NCBI GenBank assembly: GCA_037446375.1
Contig: JBBIIS010000002.1
Span: 8,276 to 54,889, forward strand
Direction of reading: 5' to 3'
DNA from: Bacteroidota bacterium
GTDB taxonomy: Bacteria; Bacteroidota; Bacteroidia; Bacteroidales; VadinHA17
DNA: 46,614 nt
How positions within the stretch are numbered: the stretch's first letter is position 1; each line of letters starts with the position of its first letter. Shown here one piece after another: positions 16,901-25,118 of the stretch. Under the pieces are notes generated by a model, which ran no database searches, was not told the origin of the DNA, and saw only the letters and a list, made by a program, of their open reading frames with translations. The translations under genes were made by a program, and so were the position numbers.

Positions 16901-19372
16901 CTACAATCTTTTAAATGAATATCCTTTTGACCTGAAGTATGCTATGATCTCATCAAGCCTTGAATATAGCTTATCAGTCCTGACCGGGTCAGTGCCAAGA
17001 TGCACAAGAACAATAGCCCCGTTAAGCCCTGGTTCCTGACCCGATTCATAATCCTTTAGACTCTTAATTATTACCTCTGACGAATGATAATTTAACATAA
17101 GAGGCGTAGTATAATCACCATTTGTTGCAGTACCCGGGGTTAAGTTTATAAGTTGCCCGCCAAGGTCGGAGACCCACCTCGAGATTGCTTTATTATACCA
17201 CTCATAAGGTGCAAGGAAGTACCTGGTGCCTGAAATATCTGCGCCCTTTTTCTTCAGTTCATCATAATTTAAAATCAGGTCGGAAATGAATTGATCTTTA
17301 GTAACGAGAAGGGAATCCCTCCTTTCCCATGCCGCATAAAGTAAATGCTTGTCAGAATGAGGTCCTGTAAAATGCTTTTCATCTATTATCCTTTTTATGA
17401 TTTTCTTATTTGCCGGGTTCCTGAGATAGTTTCCGGTAAGGAAAAATGAGCCTTTTATTCCGTTTTTCCTCAGAATATCCAGAATAGCCGTAGCCCCTTC
17501 CCCAAACTCATCGGCTGAGAAAATCAGGTAGATCGATTTTTCATTCTCATTTAATCGTATAATTGCACCGTTTGAATCGATAATACTTCCCTTCATTCTA
17601 TCAGCCTGGCTAAGCCCATCCTTTTCAAGTGAGGAGAGAATAAAACTCAGTGAGGCTGTTCCATCCATTGTCGGCTCATTTGTGCTGTAGTCTCCTATAT
17701 CGTCATGATAAACCGCTATCCCGTTCTGGAATTCCGAATATGGATCCTTTTTCATCAGTTCAATACCTTTGAGGCTTCTGAATATCCTGCTCCAGACAGG
17801 GCCGTCAACAAGCCCCCCATAAACAGGCACTCCCAGCTTCGCAGTAAATGAAGAATGGGGGAAATGTGGATAATTGCCTCCTTCCGGGAGACCAATTATC
17901 ATTGAAGTGCCCCAGGGGTTGCATCCAAACAGCCAGTCGCGCAAAGCAGCTTCCTGTTCAATATATTCCGCGTCGCCCGTTGCCTCAAAATAGAGCATGT
18001 GTTCCTGAAGGGTCGAAGCAACAAAATTATTCGAGCACCATGTAAAAGGAACCTTTACCTGAAAGGGATCATCGGCTCTTCTCTCCTTCAGGATGCTGAG
18101 TCCCTTCTTTAAATAGTAAATGTATCTCGATGAGTACCTTGAACCTGACAGTCCGAGGTTGGCATGGCCCATGTTCATAAACGGATAATACTGGTAATGG
18201 CGGGCTGTGTCGCTCAATATCCATGGTGACACGGGTTCAAGATTTCCCCAGTAGTCGGACTTGTCAAGGAAGGATGAATCTTTTGTGAGGCTGAAAAGCT
18301 GCCACGCCGCCAGTTCAAGATCGTCGGTATAATTATCCTCTTCATAGAAATAGGGAGAGACATTACAGGCCGTCTGCGTTGCACCCGGGTCAGTCAGAGC
18401 GTAATCAAAAGCCTCTGCCGCCTTCACTGCCAGCTTCTCAGCGAGAAGAGGATCAGTTTTTTTCAGAACCTCAGCACCGAGGGCAAAGGCAGAAGCATAC
18501 TTACCTGCAGTTGAAGCGACTCCTTCAGTGCGGTTTTTGAATTTTGCCAGCCCCTGGGGTTTGCCAGTAACAAAATAGACCGGACGGTAGAGTCCGTTTC
18601 CATAGGAAGCTGAATCCCTGTCGGGAAGCCTGAACCCCCGGTGGTCGCGGTCATCAGCTACCTGGTTGTACATCTCGCCCTTTGAAGGATTCATTTTTAC
18701 AAGCCAGTTAAGTCCCCAAATCGCCTGGTCAAGTATATCAGGTATCCCATTTCCGCCCCGATCGCCGGATGAATCAAATTCATCATGATATATTTCAGGA
18801 TTCCTTTTATAGGCATACAGGAGCTGATAAACTGCATTTGAGGTTGTTGTAAAATATTGAAGGTAATCGCTTGCATCGTGCCAGCCTCCTTTCACATCAA
18901 TTATTTGTCCTGTTTTAACCGGATGATCAACAATGAATCCGTCGTGTGTTTGGCAGGAGTCTTTAAGGTAGGGATTATAGCCGCATTGCTGCTGGCGCAT
19001 ATATCTCAGGATATAATCCGCTGATCCTTCGTAAACATCCGACGAAATCCTGAACACAGGCGACCTTACTCCGTTTAAAAGAAGGAAATAGCCTCCGCAG
19101 GTTTTATATTCCGAAAAATCAAGCCTGGCAGCAGATCTCATTCCCCAGGCCTCTCCAGGATATATTTTTACTTTGCCTTTGAATACAGCTTTACCCGAAA
19201 CTGCATCACAGAGAGAGAATGACTTAAGCGACGCGGGTTCTGTTGAGATAAAAACTGCAACTTTCACGGAGTGCGGCAGGTATCCCATCTGGTTGATCCT
19301 TATCCATGCCTGTCCGTTAAGTGACTGGACCATTAAAATGAAAATAATAAAATGGATCAATCTTTTTTTCAT
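16901..19372 (-). CDS. secreted GH9 glycoside hydrolase fused to a C-terminal NodB-type polysaccharide deacetylase-like domain
   Basis: - Signal peptide MKKRLIHFIIFILMVQSLNGQ.
- GH9 motifs GGWHDASDYLQY, DDRDHRGFR and YHDDIGDYSTNEPT.
- The C-terminal roughly 230 aa (IYLIFSADEFGEGATAILDILRKNGIKGSFFLTG...GPHSDKHLLY) resemble the polysaccharide deacetylase family. Confidence 0.7.
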   Translation of the reverse strand: MKKRLIHFIIFILMVQSLNGQAWIRINQMGYLPHSVKVAVFISTEPASLKSFSLCDAVSGKAVFKGKVKIYPGEAWGMRSAARLDFSEYKTCGGYFLLLNGVRSPVFRISSDVYEGSADYILRYMRQQQCGYNPYLKDSCQTHDGFIVDHPVKTGQIIDVKGGWHDASDYLQYFTTTSNAVYQLLYAYKRNPEIYHDEFDSSGDRGGNGIPDILDQAIWGLNWLVKMNPSKGEMYNQVADDRDHRGFRLPDRDSASYGNGLYRPVYFVTGKPQGLAKFKNRTEGVASTAGKYASAFALGAEVLKKTDPLLAEKLAVKAAEAFDYALTDPGATQTACNVSPYFYEEDNYTDDLELAAWQLFSLTKDSSFLDKSDYWGNLEPVSPWILSDTARHYQYYPFMNMGHANLGLSGSRYSSRYIYYLKKGLSILKERRADDPFQVKVPFTWCSNNFVASTLQEHMLYFEATGDAEYIEQEAALRDWLFGCNPWGTSMIIGLPEGGNYPHFPHSSFTAKLGVPVYGGLVDGPVWSRIFRSLKGIELMKKDPYSEFQNGIAVYHDDIGDYSTNEPTMDGTASLSFILSSLEKDGLSQADRMKGSIIDSNGAIIRLNENEKSIYLIFSADEFGEGATAILDILRKNGIKGSFFLTGNYLRNPANKKIIKRIIDEKHFTGPHSDKHLLYAAWERRDSLLVTKDQFISDLILNYDELKKKGADISGTRYFLAPYEWYNKAISRWVSDLGGQLINLTPGTATNGDYTTPLMLNYHSSEVIIKSLKDYESGQEPGLNGAIVLVHLGTDPVRTDKLYSRLDEIIAYFRSKGYSFKRL

Positions 19373-19412
19373 GGTCCCCGACTCGGTTATTTATCAGCTC
19401 TGTACTATTCAT

Positions 19413-19420
19413 CAAAATTA
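19413..19420 (-). promoter_or_regulatory. -7 box TAATTTTG (minus strand) for the GH9 gene
   Basis: Exact TAnnTTTG match, 41 nt upstream of ATG 19372. Confidence 0.4.
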
Positions 19421-19481
19421 GAAAGTTTTCAGAATTGGACAATCATTCTCTCACCTTCACTGACTATTATCAATTAATTAA

Positions 19482-19489
19482 TAATTTTG
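19482..19489 (+). promoter_or_regulatory. -7 box TAATTTTG for the kinase-murQ operon
   Basis: Exact TAnnTTTG match, 57 nt upstream of ATG 19546. It lies inside the track's TTG-initiated N-terminal extension, which argues against that extension. Confidence 0.4.
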
Positions 19490-19545
19490 CTCAGAGATGG
19501 CTGAAAATATATTGGAATATCAGCTATGCAAACAATGGAATTAAA

Positions 19546-20412
19546 ATGGCCGAAAATTCAAGTATCCTGGTAGCCGACAGCGGATCATCAAAAACAGAGT
19601 GGAAGATAATTGATAATGGCATCGCCGGCGAGTCAATTTATTCGACAGGCATAAATCCGTATTTTCTCGCGAGCGATGAGATATTAAGTATTCTGGGCCG
19701 CGAAACAGGTAAGCTTAAAGGAGCTGTTTTCAGCAGCGTTTGGTTTTACGGATCGGGATGCAACAGCACAGTAAAAGAGGATATCGTGCGAAATGCCATT
19801 GACAGGTTCGTGGTCTCCCGAAAAACATTTATCGGCAGCGATCTGCTGGCAGCTGCAAGATCGCTGTGCCAGGACAGGCCAGGTATTGCGTGTATTATGG
19901 GAACGGGATCAAATTCATGCTATTACGATGGAAAGAGGATCGCATCAAATATTCCGCCCCTTGGATATATCCTTGGTGATGAAGGCGGAGGTGCTGTGCT
20001 GGGACGGAAGCTTGTATCAAGTATTCTGAAGAAACAGGTACCCGCCGGGATACGGGAGAATTTTCTCGGGCGTTACCATCTGACTACAGCCGAGATACTT
20101 GACAATGTTTACACAAAACCTTTCCCGAACAGGTTTCTCGGACAGTTTGCAAGATTTCTTTCAGATAATATTGATATTCCTGAATTAAGGGAAATAATTG
20201 ATTCGTCATTCGAGGATTTCATCAGGAGGAATATTCTTCAATATCCTGAATCACATGATCTGCCTGTCCATTTTACGGGCAGTATTTCCTTTTATTTCAG
20301 GGACATCCTTACCGAACAGCTGAAAAAAGCTAATCTCTTACCCGGCGATATAACCCATACTCCTATTGCCGGTCTTGTTGAATATCATCTTAATCATCCC
20401 CGACAGATCTGA
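19546..20412 (+). CDS. BadF/BadG/BcrA/BcrD-type ATPase sugar kinase (GlcNAc/MurNAc kinase, MurK-like)
   Basis: MAENSSILVADSGSSKTEWKII... and GTGSNSCYYDG / LGDEGGGAVLG are ASKHA/BadF-type kinase motifs. Its stop lies 1 nt before the murQ start. Confidence 0.7.
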   Translation: MAENSSILVADSGSSKTEWKIIDNGIAGESIYSTGINPYFLASDEILSILGRETGKLKGAVFSSVWFYGSGCNSTVKEDIVRNAIDRFVVSRKTFIGSDLLAAARSLCQDRPGIACIMGTGSNSCYYDGKRIASNIPPLGYILGDEGGGAVLGRKLVSSILKKQVPAGIRENFLGRYHLTTAEILDNVYTKPFPNRFLGQFARFLSDNIDIPELREIIDSSFEDFIRRNILQYPESHDLPVHFTGSISFYFRDILTEQLKKANLLPGDITHTPIAGLVEYHLNHPRQI

Positions 20413-20413
20413 A

Positions 20414-21265
20414 ATGAAAAGTAAAGTTGACATAAAGCCCCGGCTAAGCATTACTGAATCACCTTCAAATTTTGATAATCTCGAAAATATGCCGGTCCAT
20501 GAACTTCTCACGAATATTAACAGTGAGGATTCGAAGGTACACCAGGCTGTTAAAGAAGCCCTTCAGCAAATTGAGGCTCTTGTCGGGATGATTGTACCCA
20601 GGATGGCAGAAGGGGGACGTATTTTTTATCTCGGAGCAGGGACAAGCGGGAGGCTTGGAGTACTGGACGCATCTGAGATCCTTCCCACATTCGGGGTACA
20701 GGACAGGATAATCGGACTTATAGCGGGGGGTGAAACAGCTTTGCGCCGGCCGGTGGAGGCTGCTGAAGATGATACGGAGAAGGCCTGGAAAGAGCTTGAG
20801 ATATTCAGAATAAATGACAAGGATACGGTCATCGGAATTGCAGCATCAGGTAACACTCCTTATGTAGTTGGTGGCGTTTCAAAAGCCAGAAGCATGGGTA
20901 TCTTAACAGGGGGTATTACATGTAATCCCGATGGAAAAATAATTGAAGCTGCCGAATTCCCGGTTATAGTGGTTGTGGGTCCGGAATTTGTGACCGGCAG
21001 CACAAGGCTTAAAGCTGGAACTGCACAGAAGATGGTCCTCAACATGATAAGCACCACAGTTATGATAAAGCTGGGCAGGGTCAAGGGCAACAAAATGGTA
21101 AATATGCAGCTTACAAACCGGAAGCTTGTCGAGCGAGGCATCAGAATGATCGTTGATGAGCTTGATATACAGCATGAGGCTGCCTCGATCCTGCTTCAGA
21201 CCCATGGCTCGGTGAAGAAGGCAATTGACTTTTATAACAAGACAAAAGATAAAAGTAAAAAGTAA
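20414..21265 (+). CDS. murQ: N-acetylmuramic acid 6-phosphate etherase
   Basis: SIS-domain protein with TESPSNFDNLENM...INSEDSKVHQAV...GGRIFYLGAGTSGRLGVLDASEILPTFG, characteristic of MurQ. ATG 20414 is preferred over the track's TTG 20366. Confidence 0.85.
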   Translation: MKSKVDIKPRLSITESPSNFDNLENMPVHELLTNINSEDSKVHQAVKEALQQIEALVGMIVPRMAEGGRIFYLGAGTSGRLGVLDASEILPTFGVQDRIIGLIAGGETALRRPVEAAEDDTEKAWKELEIFRINDKDTVIGIAASGNTPYVVGGVSKARSMGILTGGITCNPDGKIIEAAEFPVIVVVGPEFVTGSTRLKAGTAQKMVLNMISTTVMIKLGRVKGNKMVNMQLTNRKLVERGIRMIVDELDIQHEAASILLQTHGSVKKAIDFYNKTKDKSKK

Positions 21266-21351
21266 AAAAAGCGCAAAGGCAAAGAATAATGTACAATTTA
21301 TTACCCGCACACAGTACCAGGTAAACAATACCAAACAACCAGACTAATTCT

Positions 21352-24303
21352 ATGAAAAACAAATTGAAAGTTCTATTCGCCGGATTGATAATGATAATGG
21401 AATCCTTTAATCTTGCTGCTCAAATGTCCGACCCTCCTTTTCTGAAATATCTTCATCATCCCTGGGTCGACTCTGTTATGAAAGCGCTTTCACCCGAGCA
21501 GCGCATCGCTCAGCTAATGTGGGTTTCGGCTTACAGCAACGAAGGAGTTGAATATGACAATAAGCTTTGCAATCTCATAAAAAAGACAGGGATAGGCGGA
21601 GTTGTCTTTTTCCAGGGCAGTGCTGAGAAAGAGGCTGAAATGACTGATTATTTCAGGAAGATATCGACCCTGCCCCCGATCGTTGCAATTGATGCTGAAT
21701 GGGGAATCGGAATGAGGCTTTCGGGGGTCACAAAATTCCCGTACCAGCTGACCCTCGGCGCAATAACAGATGATTCCCTTATCTACAGGATGGGTGTTGC
21801 CGTAGCGCACCAGCTGAAGAGAGCCGGAATTGATGTCAATCTTGCACCGGTAGCTGATGTGAATAACAATCCGGATAATCCGGTTATTAATTTCAGGTCC
21901 TTCGGGGAGATACCTGCAAATGTCAGCCATAAAACTATAATGTATATGAATGCAATGCAGAACAATGGCATCTTTGCAGTTGCAAAGCATTTCCCCGGAC
22001 ACGGCGACACCAATACTGACTCCCATCTGGACCTTCCGACAATAAATAAGTCATTATCACATCTCGATTCAGTTGAGCTAGTGCCGTTCAGATCACTGAT
22101 AAATAATGGCATCTCCGGAGTTATGCCTGGTCATCTTTCTGTACCAGCCCTTGATACCGTAAAAGGCATCCCATCGACATTCTCCTATCCCATTCTCACA
22201 GGTCTCCTGAGGGATAAGCTTCTTTTCAGGGGCCTCGCCATTTCTGACGCTATGAATATGGGAGGAATAACAAAATATGCCAATCCGGGTGAAGTCGAGC
22301 TCAAATCACTCAAGGCAGGTATGGATGTGCTTGAATATGTGAGCGATCCGGAGCTTGCAATTAAATCTATAGCCGAAGGGATCAGGAAGGGCACAATTTC
22401 ACAGACTTTAATAGATGAAAAATGCCGGAAGGTGCTTGCTGCAAAATACTGGGCAGGATTAAGTAAACCTGAGAAGGTAGATCCCGCAATGATAACCGGT
22501 GATCTTACACCTGTAAGTTCCAGTGTTCTGATTACTGAATTGTACGCCAGCGCGCTTACTATTATAAATAACGAGAACAATCTGATCCCTGTCAGGCATC
22601 TCGACAGCATAAAAATCGCAACCCTTTCAATAAACAGGACTGATTTGTCACTTTATCAGCAGAGGCTGTCAGCCTATACTCATACCGATGATTTTGTAAT
22701 AGATTCAATCAGCAGCTGGAAGACCTCTGAAATTCTGAAAAAATTATCCGGTTATGATCTCATAATTGCGGGCATATACGGGACCGATCAGAGACCCAAT
22801 AAGGGCTTCGGCATACCTGAAGGGCTCAATGATCTTATAGCTGCATTGAATTCAAAGGCGAAATGCATATTCACATATTTCGGAAATCCATATGCAATCG
22901 ACAAACTTGCTTCCGTCCAGAAATCTTCAGGATTAATAATTGCTTTTCAGGAGAATAATTATACCGAAGATCTTTCGGCACAGCTGATTTTCGGAGCCAT
23001 CGGGGCAAAAGGTAAACTGCCTGTGACAATCAATAAGAACTACCCGTCAGGCATGGGATATGTAACTGAAGGCGGTTTAAGGGTAGGGTACGGATTACCC
23101 GAAAGCGTTGGAGTCAATTCTTTTATTCTTAACCGGAAAGTTGATTCCATAGCAAATCTGGGACTTAGTGCAGGAGCCTATCCCGGTTGCGAGATCATGA
23201 TAGCAAAGAAGGGAACTGTTATTTTCAGCAAGACCTACGGCTATCAGACTTATGATGACCGCACTGCCGTTTCAAAAGACGATCTGTACGATCTGGCATC
23301 TGTTTCAAAGATCACCGGCCCTCTTCCGGCACTCATGATCCTGAATTCGGAGGGTAAGTTTTCTCCTGACAAAACCCTTGGTTATTACCTTCCTGGGTTC
23401 AGAAGATCTAATAAGTCGGATATAATTATAAGGGACATGCTGGCTCACCAGGCAGGCCTCAGAGACTGGATACCATTCTGGAAGGAGACTGTGAAAAAGA
23501 ACGGGAAATTCAAATCGGGCATCTTCAGCCATGAATATTCCGAAAAATATCCGGTTAAGGTTGCGCGTGATCTTTATATAAATAAGAATTACCGGAAAGA
23601 GATATTCAGGGAGATAAGAAAAAGCAAGGTCTCAAAAGAAAAAAAATATGTCTATTCAGATCTGACTTTCATTCTGATGCCTGAGGTAATTAATAATATT
23701 ACAGGGCAGAAATGGTACGATTTCGTAACATCCAGAGTATATCACAAGATCGGAGCGTATGATATAGGTTTCAATCCATATCTCAGATATCCTTTGGATC
23801 GCATTGTTCCTACTGAGTATGATTCGCTGTTCAGGAAGCAGCTACTTCATGGCACGGTTCACGATGAAGGGGCCGCTATGCTTGGTGGTATTTCGGGTCA
23901 CGCCGGATTATTTGCCACTGCAGACGATCTCATGAAGCTGATGGAGATGTACCGAAGAATGTGTAACTACGGAGGCGAGCAGCTCATAAGCAGGGATATA
24001 ATGAAGGAGTACACGAGATGCCAGTTCCCTGAAAACAAGAACAGGAGAGGATTGGGTTTTGACAAGCCTCTTGTGAATAACAGTGAATTGAAACAGGAAG
24101 ACACCTACCCCACTCACAGCGCTCCCCCATCTAGCTTTGGCCACTCAGGATATACGGGCACTTTTGTTTGGATGGATCCCGATAATGAGCTGACTTATAT
24201 ATTTTTCTGCAACAGGGTTTATCCTACAAGGAACAATAACCTTGTTACGGATATGAATCTAAGAACAGAGATACTTCAGGCTATTTACGATTCCCTTAAG
24301 TAG
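21352..24303 (+). CDS. secreted GH3 beta-N-acetylhexosaminidase (NagZ-like) fused to a beta-lactamase-fold serine hydrolase
   Basis: - Signal peptide.
- GH3 motif KHFPGHGDTNTDSHLDLP.
- C-terminal domain with S-x-x-K (ASVSKITG), YSD and GHSGYTG motifs of class-C-like beta-lactamase/esterase/DD-peptidase proteins. Confidence 0.8.
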   Translation: MKNKLKVLFAGLIMIMESFNLAAQMSDPPFLKYLHHPWVDSVMKALSPEQRIAQLMWVSAYSNEGVEYDNKLCNLIKKTGIGGVVFFQGSAEKEAEMTDYFRKISTLPPIVAIDAEWGIGMRLSGVTKFPYQLTLGAITDDSLIYRMGVAVAHQLKRAGIDVNLAPVADVNNNPDNPVINFRSFGEIPANVSHKTIMYMNAMQNNGIFAVAKHFPGHGDTNTDSHLDLPTINKSLSHLDSVELVPFRSLINNGISGVMPGHLSVPALDTVKGIPSTFSYPILTGLLRDKLLFRGLAISDAMNMGGITKYANPGEVELKSLKAGMDVLEYVSDPELAIKSIAEGIRKGTISQTLIDEKCRKVLAAKYWAGLSKPEKVDPAMITGDLTPVSSSVLITELYASALTIINNENNLIPVRHLDSIKIATLSINRTDLSLYQQRLSAYTHTDDFVIDSISSWKTSEILKKLSGYDLIIAGIYGTDQRPNKGFGIPEGLNDLIAALNSKAKCIFTYFGNPYAIDKLASVQKSSGLIIAFQENNYTEDLSAQLIFGAIGAKGKLPVTINKNYPSGMGYVTEGGLRVGYGLPESVGVNSFILNRKVDSIANLGLSAGAYPGCEIMIAKKGTVIFSKTYGYQTYDDRTAVSKDDLYDLASVSKITGPLPALMILNSEGKFSPDKTLGYYLPGFRRSNKSDIIIRDMLAHQAGLRDWIPFWKETVKKNGKFKSGIFSHEYSEKYPVKVARDLYINKNYRKEIFREIRKSKVSKEKKYVYSDLTFILMPEVINNITGQKWYDFVTSRVYHKIGAYDIGFNPYLRYPLDRIVPTEYDSLFRKQLLHGTVHDEGAAMLGGISGHAGLFATADDLMKLMEMYRRMCNYGGEQLISRDIMKEYTRCQFPENKNRRGLGFDKPLVNNSELKQEDTYPTHSAPPSSFGHSGYTGTFVWMDPDNELTYIFFCNRVYPTRNNNLVTDMNLRTEILQAIYDSLK

Positions 24304-24370
24304 GAGAATCATTTATCCTGTAGCTTGACTCAGCTTTATGTTTTTCATATCTTCCATAAAATTAAGATTT

Positions 24371-25099
24371 ATGCGAATTAGACATTTCATAATCTGTTTG
24401 CTCCTGCTTTTTACGTTTATTGGAGCCTCGGGACAGCAATATGATACCAGTTGAAACTGGAAAATGGAGCATGATTCAACATACTTAAGCCTTCTAATAT
24501 ACAGAAGGCAGTAGGCACTCTCTCCCCGCCATTACAATGCTTTCTTGAGGATTTTAAGATCAGACTCTCATCATATTTTGAAAGTATTACCGATACTGAA
24601 AAATCAAATTATTACAAAACCAGGCAATCCTGGAACGGAAAGCCGGCGGGCGAGAACTTCAGGGATGATGATCAGGTATTTGCTGGAGAAAGGAGCGCCT
24701 TTACAAAATATGTAGTATCCTCAGGTATCTGGGGCGGCTATTACGGGCTGGCATTTGACTACGTTTTTAATATCAACGGTGCCACCGGGGCAGGCTTTCC
24801 TCTCGTTACAGGAGGTGTTTCACCAATTATTCCCATAATTTCAATAAAAGATAAAAAGATTACCACAAATTCCTTATTGCTGTGAAATCATGGCAAGGCT
24901 ATGGGGGCTTTCCAGGGCGCAATGCTTGGAATGCTTTTCACAGACGGCGCCGTTGGTACGGAAGGGCTCAAATTATCTTCATTTTAGTTTTATGCCTCAT
25001 AACGTGTTTATAAACAACAAAATGACAGGTGCCGGAAAATATCTCCCTGGTGGCAATTTCAGAATGTTATCCGCGCTAGAGGCTTCGGTAAACTTCTGA
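24371..25099 (+). pseudogene. decayed gene for a small secreted/membrane protein (in-frame stops plus frameshifts)
   Basis: - ATG 24371 gives the signal-like MRIRHFIICLLLLFTFIGASGQQYDTS, then TGA (24452).
- A second frame is open from 24475 to 24882 with no start codon (FNILKPSNIQ...SGIWGGYYGLAFDYVFNINGATGAGFPLVTGGVSPIIP...SLLL).
- That frame hits an in-frame TGA (24883), then continues NHGKAMGAFQGAMLGMLFTDGAVG... to TAG.
- A third frame carries the tail to 25099. Confidence 0.55.
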
Positions 25100-25118
25100 A
25101 ATCGGATTAATTCTTTAC

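Noticed and set aside
20626-22610. Several 70-170-aa minus-strand ORFs (for example 20903..21334, 21514..22026 and 22185..22610) antisense to murQ and the GH3 gene
   Set aside because: They are shadow ORFs opposite confidently identified genes, with no motifs and no independent promoter or terminator signals.
24452-24885. TGA recoding (Trp/Gly/Sec) to explain the two in-frame TGA codons in the 24.4-25.1 kb region
   Set aside because: Many confidently called genes in this window terminate at TGA at the expected protein end, such as lysC, the M14 peptidase, the BadF-type kinase and DedA. The region also needs a frameshift and contains TAG stops, and no SECIS-like context is evident. Pseudogene decay is the simpler explanation.
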